Origin: Nemertoderma westbladi
Taxonomy: Eukaryota; Animalia; Xenacoelomorpha
NCBI GenBank assembly: GCA_032718475.1
Contig: JAUCBJ010006274.1
Location: 1 to 48,607 of the forward strand
Length of the DNA: 48,607 nucleotides
Direction of reading: 5' to 3'
Shown here piece after piece: positions 1 to 8,262 of this stretch (position 1 is its first letter; each line of letters begins with the position of its first letter). The notes under the pieces are model-generated. The model did not search any database, was not told where the DNA came from, and worked only from the letters and a program-made list of their open reading frames with translations. A program made the translations under genes and the position numbers.

Positions 1-1356
1 TATATATAGATGTTGCGCTTAACAAATACGCCATGTCGAAATATGTATATTGGCGCTTTTGCGACCTGTTTATATAAGATGAGGGCGTTCTGCGGGATAT
101 AATGGCGTTTTGTAGGCATGTCATCTTAACGCCACAATGGCGATAATGCTACTTAAGACCAAAAAATTCATCATAAGTGGCGTTTGTCATCATCCTATCA
201 TCTCTTGTATTTCATGCAACGAAAAAAGCATATGTTCCTGGGGAACGATTTATAATTCTTTTTGACGGCACCCTGGCTAGCAATAAAAAATAAACCATTT
301 TTAATATAAACAATTAAAATGAGCATAATATTAATTAAAGCTATAAACTCATGGGGTGACTATTAATGGCATTTATTGTGGTATATAGGCCTAAGTAAAA
401 ACACGGGACCTACAGTAAATTATCAGCAATTTACGATTTATGTTCGCATAAGAAGCCTAAGAAGTTTGCTAGGTTCACCAAAGTCAGGTTTTTTAGGATC
501 TAATTTAGACTTTTTATCCTGCAGGCTGCATCGCATGTACCAGTTATACCAAACAGCCAATATACAAAAATTAAATACAGAAGCGTGATTGGCGCAAGTT
601 TGTGGTGCTGCTTCCCAGTGGATAGTTACTGCCCACAACTATATTAGTTTCGTAGGCCGTTCCTTTCCCCTTTGAGGCTTCACTCTTATTGTCATCTCTT
701 GGGCTCCCTCTTGAGAATGCCTTCATTTGTGATGCGAAACAGTACGAGCGCAACCAGTCTAGTGATGGAGACGAGTTTATTCACGAAATTGGCAAATTGT
801 TGACCTATTTATTGTTGGCACACTGTAAACATTTTACAACTAAAGTGGCGTTTCAATTCAAATTCCCATATAAAACAAATTAATAATAAGCAGAATGATT
901 CTGCGGGTAATATTTAGGAATGTCCAGTCCAGTGTACTGTAATTTGTTTCGAAGGCCACATTATTTACATCAACTGAACCATAACATACATGGACCTTCA
1001 AAATCATAGGCAAAACCATACCGGTATCACCTGCACTGTGACCTTAAGAGATCTAAAGACTTACCCGAATCATCATAACCATATCGTCCCTTTCATTTTG
1101 AAACCACCTATATGCCATTTTTGCCGAAATGGTGATTTCTGCGTTTCTCTATGTTAAAATGTATTCTTTTACTTTTATAAGAAGGGATCTAGGGGTCTTA
1201 ACCTCGAATGATAAGTTTATTTTACCGAAAATAACTTATCTTTTATTGGCGCAATTGTAGGACTAATCCCATCACATGCGTACTTTTTAACCGGGTAGTG
1301 TACAAATTTAGGAATCGCGTAATTTTTCTTGAAATTAATATCTCATATCTCTCCAA

Positions 1357-1399
1357 ACCACGTACGCGTTTCGACCTTACTGGGTCTCATCAGCGTGGT
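1357..1399 (-). ncRNA. Minimal type I hammerhead ribozyme
   Basis: Minus strand reads ACCACG-CUGAUGA-GACC(CAGUAA)GGUC-GAAA-CGC-GUA-CGUGGU: complete catalytic core, 6-bp stem I, 4-bp stem II, palindromic minimal stem III (ACGCGU), GUA cleavage triplet; predicted cut between 1363 and 1362. Confidence 0.9.
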
Positions 1400-1456
1400 G
1401 TCGGATTCGAACCTGGGACCTCGAGGCGGAAGCCGAGACTACAACCACTAGGCCAC
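1396..1456 (-). promoter_or_regulatory. tRNA-derived internal RNA polymerase III promoter (A and B boxes)
   Basis: Minus strand: A box TGGCCTAGTGG (1455-1445), anticodon-loop-like CT-TCC-GC, B box GGTTCGAATCC (1413-1403), ending GACACCA. Acceptor and T stems do not pair, so this is not a functional tRNA. Confidence 0.75.
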
Positions 1457-3894
1457 ATGTTCTTGAGATATGGAGTATTAATTTCAAAGACAGCTGCCAT
1501 TTTTTAGCCCCTGATTTTTGATTATTGATAGTAACAATGTGTTGGCAAGCTGTATTTTTCGAGGTGTTTGTTATTTTACTTTTATAAGAAGGGATCTAGG
1601 GTCTTAACCTCGAATGATAAGTTTATTTTACCGAAAATAACTTATCTTTTATTGGCGCAATTGTAGGACTAATCCCATCACATGGTTTGGAGAGATATGA
1701 GATATTAATTTCAAGAAAAATTACGCGATTCCTAAATTTGTACACTACCCGGTTAAAAAGTACGCATGTGATGGGATTAGTCCTACAATTGCGCCAATAA
1801 AAGATAAGTTATTTTCGGTAAAATAAACTTATCATTCGAGGTTAAGACCCCTAGATCCCTTCTTATAAAAGTAAAATAACAAACACCTCGAAAAATACAG
1901 CTTGCCAACACATTGTTACTATCAATAATCAAAATGTATTCTGAATCCGATTAACACACTTAGAAGGCCATGCCCCCTCCCACGTATAACTGAGATATTT
2001 AACTTTTCAAAACCACCTATATGCCAGTTTTGCATAGACCGCATGATAAAGAAATTTACGAAACGTTGATTTAAAATTGGAAACAACGAATCAGGAGCTA
2101 GAATTGTTGTTTATTATGATAGAGGGAGATTTGTTTTATATTTTTAAAACTTAATAATCGAATTCGTCTTAAGGGTTTTAATAATTTTTGAGTGATCATT
2201 GTGAAAAATGAAATATTTTTTTTGAAACAACCTATATCCCTATACATTGTTTCCTACCTAATATGTTACATAATTCCAATACCATAACTTTTTTCGTTTA
2301 AAATCGTTAAATTTAATGGATTCAAAAGTAAATAAGACCAAAATCCGGGAATATTACTTTCAAACAAAATTAGAATCGAAAATGCCGTTTTACAGGAAAA
2401 TACATTTTTGTCATTTAGGTTGTTTGAAAATGAAAGGGACGATAAAATCTTGAAACAGAACTATAACATGAAACCATAACACCAAAAATCGCAAAACTTA
2501 ACCATACCATTACTCTGGGCGTACTGAAGCCATTTTACATATACCCTGGCGATATGTAGACTTTTAATAACCACATTGGCAAATTGTTTACATATTTAGC
2601 ATCTGGCGCATGCCGAATATTTTATAACAAAATTGGTGTTTCATTACATGTTCGTAAATATTACAAATTGAGACAAGTTTTTTGATGTTCGTGTGCCAGA
2701 ATATACTTAGTAGAAATGCTATGAAGAGCTCCTATTATATAATAATATAATATACATTATATATAATTATACAATATATGAAGAGCTGAAGAGATCATAT
2801 TGGCTATCGACAATTTTTGTCGAATTAAAACCATTTTACGTAGATACTGGCGTTATGTAGTCTTTTATTCACGAAATTTGCATATTTATAGTTGGCACAT
2901 TGTAAACATTTTACATCTAAATTGGCGTTTCAATTCAAATTCCCATATAAAACAAATTGATAAGACATGTTATTTTTTATATGTCAGAAACCACAAAATT
3001 AACTGAGCAGAATTCTGCGGGTAATATTTAGGAATGTCCAGCGTACAGTAATTTGTTTGGAAAGCCACTGAACCAATAGCCAAACCTTAATCTGAACCAT
3101 AATATGGATCATAACAAAACCATACCGGTATCATTACCTGCACTGTGACCTTAAGAGATCTAAAGCCGTACCCGAATCATAATCATATCTTGAAACAGAA
3201 CCCTTACATGAAACCATAATAACGATAACGCAAAACTGAACCATACCCTTACTCTGGGCGTATTGAAACCATTTTACATATAACCTGGCGATATGTAGAC
3301 TTAATAACCTCATTGGCAAATTGTTAACATATTTAGCATCATATTTCATATTTATATGTCATAAATAAACCCCTATCATTTAAATTAAAAAAACCGGTCA
3401 TTAAAATTGAAAAAACCCCCATCATTAAAGTTGTCTGATCGCATAATACGAATCTTTATCCTAACCTTAACATGAACAACATTAAAACCTTGTCATTATT
3501 ACTTGTAGGGCGTACCTAGACATTGAACAGTCCGTCATACCAATACCAGTACTGAAACGTGATTGGTGCAAGTTTTCGGTGCTGCTTCCCAGTGGATGTT
3601 TATTGTTCACACATATGTTCGTTTCATCAGCCGTCCCATCCCCTTTGGGGCTCCACTCTTAATGTCATCTCTTGGCCTGCCTCTTGAGAATGCCTTCAAT
3701 CGTGAGGAGAAACCTACCGATCAGATGGCTGCCGTCGGCTGATCAGTGATTGCATTCACCAAGTTTAGCTTATTGGGGTCGGTCTGGACCAGCCCATTTA
3801 TTTTGGTGAACGCAGACTTATTAAACGAGTGCAATGATAGTTGTAATGAAGACGAGTCTGTGCTGACTAAAATACTCAACCACATTAGGTTCTA

Positions 3895-4167
3895 CCTTGG
3901 TGTGGTGGTTGCATTGAATTCACATCTCCTGTAGGTTGTGGTTTCGATCCTTACATGGGCCAGGGCAGTTTTTGTTCCGGCACGAATGCTTTAAAGGGAC
4001 CAGCCAGGGCTCATCTCTGCCTTGCATCCTTAAGTGGTAGCTAAATGAGTACTAGAGTTTCCTCTGGGGAGTTAAGTTCTGGGGGACCGCACTGGAAATC
4101 AGACTTTGTGCGTAATCCCTGGCCAAGCGGCCGAAGAAAATTTACTTTTTTTACTTTACTTTACTTT
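3895..4167 (+). mobile_element. tRNA-derived SINE with Nin/Deu-like core and (TTTAC)n tail
   Basis: Decayed A box TGGTGTGGTGG and B box GGTTTCGATCC; core CTCTGCCTTGCATCCTTAAGTGGTAGCTAAATGAGTAC resembles the Nin/Deu SINE domain; 3' tail TTTACTTTACTTTACTTT. Confidence 0.65.
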
Positions 4168-4620
4168 AAAACGCAAAACAGAATCATTCCTCAAAGACAC
4201 ACAATGAACCATGTCGTATCCAGAACCTAAGCAGAACCACACAATAAGATCATATTGGCTATCGTCACTTTTGGCGAAATAGAACTATTTTACATACATA
4301 CTGGCGTTATGTAGTCTTTTGTTCACGAAATTGGCAAATTGTTCACATATTTATAGTTGGCACATTGTAAACCTTTTACATCTAAATTGGCGTCCCATAT
4401 AAAACAAATGAATAAGACAAATGGATAGATTTATTTATACATGTAAAAATCAATAACAGATGCACCAAATAATGCATATAGGTATTGTCCAACATACTGT
4501 AGCATATAGGTTTACCCCTAAAGCTTTGCAGCTTATTTCCAAGGGGGTCCTTTATGTTACTTGGTTACAAATACAATATTACACTATGCTAACCTAAAAC
4601 CAATATAAAACGTAATTACA

Positions 4621-4781
4621 CTATGTACAACTTTACCGAGAACGTGAGAATTGTACGACTCAACGATAAAGATGTAACTATGTACAGTACAATTTAATAT
4701 TAATATAAAACGAAATTAAACTACGTACAACTTTAACGAGAGCGAGACAATACTCCGACTCAACGAAAAATATGTAACTAT
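4621..4781. repeat. Diverged two-copy tandem repeat, period 100 bp
   Basis: CTATGTACAACTTTACCGAG..GACTCAACGATAAAGATGTAACTAT (4621-4681) vs CTACGTACAACTTTAACGAG..GACTCAACGAAAAATATGTAACTAT (4721-4781). Confidence 0.6.
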
Positions 4782-4786
4782 CGCCT

Positions 4787-5200
4787 TTAACCATTTTCGG
4801 AATATTTAAATCCTTCACTTGAACCCCATGGGCAGCACAATGCCGCCTTAATCAATTGTAAGAATATTATTGGTTAAATTGAAATTAAATTGCATAAATT
4901 ATGTAATGTAATATATTACCCTCAAACCAATAGGAATCCCTTCAAGCAATATTAAATTAACTTTTCTAGACCAGTTTTTCCTGCCGCCCATCACGAATAT
5001 GAACTCCATTTTTCTTCCTCAATAGTTATAAGAAAGTTATAAGAGCATTTAAATAAAGGCGGCACCCTGCCGCCCGGGGGTGAAGTTATAATTATATAAA
5101 GGCGCACACTGCCGCCTTTAGGAGCATGGTCCTGAATTATTTAGAATGAAAATTGAGGAAGTGTGCCGCCTTTTTTAAGTATTGGTACGCAAAGGGTTAA
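4787..5200. mobile_element. Possible piggyBac-type MITE
   Basis: TTAA|CCATTT.. at left and ..AAAGGG|TTAA at right, imperfect TIR, multiple internal GCCGCC/GGCGGC motifs. Confidence 0.4.
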
Positions 5201-5360
5201 TCTGAACCATAACATGGACCATAACTAAATCATGGATAAAACCATATCGGTATCATTTTTACCTCACTGTGACCTTGAGAGATCTAAAGCACTACCCGAA
5301 TCATAATTGTATCTTGAAACAGAACCCTTACATGAAACCATAACAGCGATAACGAAAAAC

Positions 5361-5606
5361 GGGGGGGGGGGGGGGGGGGGAAATGGAAGCAAAACCCGCC
5401 TTGGCGAATTAATATCCCGCCTCAATGTTAAATTCTCAATTTAGGGAAAGGAGCAGGTTACAGTGAAACGTTATTTTAACCAAAACAATAAACTAAACAA
5501 AATAGAAAAGCTTACAGTTTTCTTTTGGAGAGTAAATTAGCTGTTATTTGCGTCGAATTTCCCCTGGAGAGGGATGAAATTTTATTGCGTCCAGTTCCCC
5601 CCCCTA
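5361..5606. mobile_element. Short TIR element (MITE); further copies at 44403-44595 and (partial) 47718-47840
   Basis: Ends GGGG..GGAA(A/C)TGGA(A/C)GCAA and TTGCG(T/C)CCAGTTCCCC are inverted; internal AAAACCCGCCTTGG and TTATTTTAACCAAAACAATAAACT are shared between copies; it interrupts a block contiguous at ~3221-3245. Confidence 0.7.
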
Positions 5607-7225
5607 TCTGCAAAACTGAATCATAACATTACTCTGGGCGTATTGAGACCGTTTTACATATACCCTGGCGATATGTCGACTTTTAATAACCACATTGGCA
5701 AATTGTTAACATATTTAGCTTCTGGCGCATGCCGAATATTTTATAACAAAATTGGCGTTTCATTACATGTTCGTAAATATTACAAATTGAGACAAGTTTC
5801 TTGTTGTTCGTGTGCCAGAATATACTTAGTAGAAATGCAATAAACAGAGAAGCCGGCAAATATAATAAATGTAAATTGTTGAGAAAACCCCTATCATTAA
5901 AATTGTCTGACCGCATAATACGAACCTTTATCCTAACCTTAACATGAACCACATTAAAACCTTGTCATTATTACTTGTAGGGCGTACCTAGACATTCAAC
6001 AATCCGTCATAACATACAGCCATACCAATACTTCAATGCAGAAACGTGATTGGCGCAAGTTTTCGGTGCTGCTTCCCAGTGGATGTTTACTGGTCACACA
6101 TATTTTCGTTTCATCAGCCGTTCCTTCCCCCTCTGGGGCTCCACTCCATTGTAATTACAAATCACATTCAATGAATTCAATAGCTAAATTTGCAGTGAAA
6201 ACATTGTCAAAGGGAGTGAAAATAATGTAGTTGATTGTTTAACGCCATTTCTATGGAAGGAGTTAAAATAATGTTCTATTTTTAAATAAAATTTATTGGT
6301 TTTACAGTATTATATTATTAGCTTCACAATTTTTTCATTTATGGCGCATTTCCTACTAATCCCTTATTAGAAAATTCATTTTAATCATAATTTGTTAATT
6401 CGTCATTTTTTATATTTATTGCGCATTGTTAACTGCGATCTGAACCAATATCATATATAAGAAAGGCGTATTTGATCCATTATATCTATATATATATATA
6501 ACAGGTTCTGCATTCTCCACTATTTGATAATAGAATGGCGTATAGATATCGGCTATCGCTATTGGGTAGAGAGGCATGTGTGCACAGTAAACCATCAAAT
6601 TATATTACAATAATCGTCTATGATAATAAAATGCTAATAATCCTATGTTATTTATTACAACTCTTTAATATTTGCCTGGAAAAGAAAAGTGTAAACTACA
6701 ACTATTTATTACATGGAAAACAAATACATTTGTTTTGCATGTAATACGTAATTTTGTTCCACAAAATTGCCTTTTCACGTCCCCTAAATTCACGCCCCGT
6801 TTCACTACTCCTTGCTAGCAGTAAACAACTGTACCGGTACTTTGCTTCTAGTGTACCTGGACAGTTTAGTATGCACTCAAGAAATATCCGCAATTTTTAT
6901 AAAGTTGAGCCAGAATAATTGCATTCAACAGTGTATATTTTTTAGGAAATTTGTATGAAAAGAAACCTCTAACCAAGAAAACTCGGTTATAAATTGGTGA
7001 AAAAGCTATTTTGTGGAATTCAATTATATCATGCATGTATTATAGTTGAGAGATCAGTCAACATTAAAACAATAATAAAACAATATATATATTATATTAT
7101 ATATCTATAATATAGTATATGAGTAACATTAATGTCCACAATCTATTGGCCAGTCCAATTTACAGTCTATTGTCCAGCATGTGATCATGAGTTCGATGAT
7201 GGATATTTATTGACCGTCATTTAGT

Positions 7226-7975
7226 TTAATACAGATTCTTTGGCTGGACAGCTAATATGAAGTACACCAGACAATATATGAAGGTACACATAATATAGCT
7301 TGTAGGGAAGATAATTCGAGCAATTTTGTCGAGACGGATGGCTTTATAGTTAGTGGAGTCAACTGAGTGGGTTTTGCGTTTAAAAACAATATCGCAGTGG
7401 CAGACTGCTGCAAACTGAACAAGGGTTGCGAAAACCCACAGCAACCCAGCCGCAAAAGCGACATCTAGGGCCTTGATGTAGGAGACCTTGGGAAGTCGGT
7501 TGTAGGTGTTAAGACTTAGAGTGAGGAGGGTGAGGACACTGGTAATACTGATAGAGGCTCGTGCTGGTACAGCCCGGTAGTCAACCCAGAATCCAACCCA
7601 AGACATTACAACGATTAGGTTGAGTGGGACGAATGCACTGATAGCGTAGTAGCTGATGAGTCGATTGAGTGGGATGTAGATTCGGAGAGTCGAGAAGATA
7701 CCGCTAGGTGTTTGGCGTGACTCCCGTATGAATGATAAGTTTCCGGTTCGGATGGTCTCATGGCTCGGCATCTCAATGTCGGCTACAACTTCTGCTCCTA
7801 GATTTGATTCGCTCATTGCAAAGAAGTCGAAATAAACATGTTCCTCCGAATAGCTGTAACTCTCGAGGATAATGGGGCAGATCTGGGAGTCTAGAGGGAA
7901 GTAGGCCAGATCATATTGGCACCCCGCAACTATGGGAACACGGGTGTTGTAATAAACGTCGCCATTTGGGTAGAC
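7226..7975 (-). CDS. Cys-loop ligand-gated anion channel subunit, paralogue A, coding exon 2 (Cys loop, loops B/C, M1-M4, stop)
   Basis: The open frame extends upstream of the listed ORF to acceptor CCAG|GTC: VYPNGDVYYNTRVPIVAG-CQYDLAYFPLDSQIC-PIILESYSY; SWVGFW, PAR motif before M2, LPKVSYIKALD, LDKIARIIFP. 750 nt, phase 0. Confidence 0.95.
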   Translation of the reverse strand, partial: VYPNGDVYYNTRVPIVAGCQYDLAYFPLDSQICPIILESYSYSEEHVYFDFFAMSESNLGAEVVADIEMPSHETIRTGNLSFIRESRQTPSGIFSTLRIYIPLNRLISYYAISAFVPLNLIVVMSWVGFWVDYRAVPARASISITSVLTLLTLSLNTYNRLPKVSYIKALDVAFAAGLLWVFATLVQFAAVCHCDIVFKRKTHSVDSTNYKAIRLDKIARIIFPTSYIMCTFIYCLVYFILAVQPKNLY

Positions 7976-8262
7976 CTGGCAATATTACCATAATCAGGAC
8001 CTCAAAATTAATTTGTATTTGTTTCTGCATGATAATTTTTTTTGCAAAATTTCCTTCATCTTTATTCAAATTGTTATCTTCGATGTAGAATGAGTTCTGA
8101 ATATGTTTTTTGACTGGAACATGTTATAGATTTCGAATTTTTTGGATATTATGTGCATGTGTGTAGGTGATGATTGTATATGTGCGTGCAGTGTTCCAAT
8201 TCATTATGTTTGGATAGTAGATGCGCTTGAATTGTAGTAGTGTTAGTTTTTTTACCCGCTGC

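Larger units (their letters stand above)
1168..1935 (-). mobile_element. Non-coding retrozyme/Penelope-type element: ~407-bp unit in partial tandem plus an inverted copy
   Basis: 1167-1278 is repeated at 1574-1684 (offset ~407); 1681-1935 is the reverse complement of unit sequence; flanking direct repeat AAAATGTATTCT at 1156-1167 and 1931-1942 (TSD). Contains a tRNA-like head and a hammerhead. Confidence 0.8.
1084..2442. mobile_element. Non-autonomous TIR DNA transposon (TA-flanked, Tc1/mariner-type MITE), host of the hammerhead element
   Basis: Left end TA|TCGTCCCTTTCATTTTGAAACCACCTA; right end TAGGTTGTTTGAAAATGAAAGGGACGA|TA (27-bp TIR, 2 mismatches). It interrupts a block that is contiguous at ~3171-3200. 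No transposase ORF. Confidence 0.75.
581..6148. repeat. Degenerate local tandem array (about 3 units) of a ~1-kb AT-rich module, interrupted by younger insertions
   Basis: The same blocks recur in largely the same order: CGTGATTGG(C/T)GCAAGTTT..GGTGCTGCTTCCCAGTGGAT at ~585, ~3557, ~6045; CACTGTGACCTT(A/G)AGAGATCTAAAG at ~1034, ~3140, ~5265; TTACTCTGGGCGTA..CCTGGCGATATGT at ~2510, ~3249, ~5629; ATTGGCGT..CCCATATAAAACAAAT-type block at ~845, ~2920, ~4385. Confidence 0.75.

Noticed and set aside
1396-1465. Functional tRNA-Gly(TCC) gene
   Set aside because: A/B boxes are present but acceptor and T stems do not pair; it is embedded in a mobile repeat.
6085-6125. Second hammerhead (minus-strand CTGATGA-AAC-GAAA; related site at ~3620)
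   Set aside because: No stem II, no stem I partner and no correctly placed NUH; the core is not conserved in the copy at ~650.
7976-8005. Alternative upstream acceptor TTTTGAG| for intron A paired with the GC at 11482
   Set aside because: The frame that joins exon 2 contains TGA and TAA between the two AGs, so it cannot give an intact protein.
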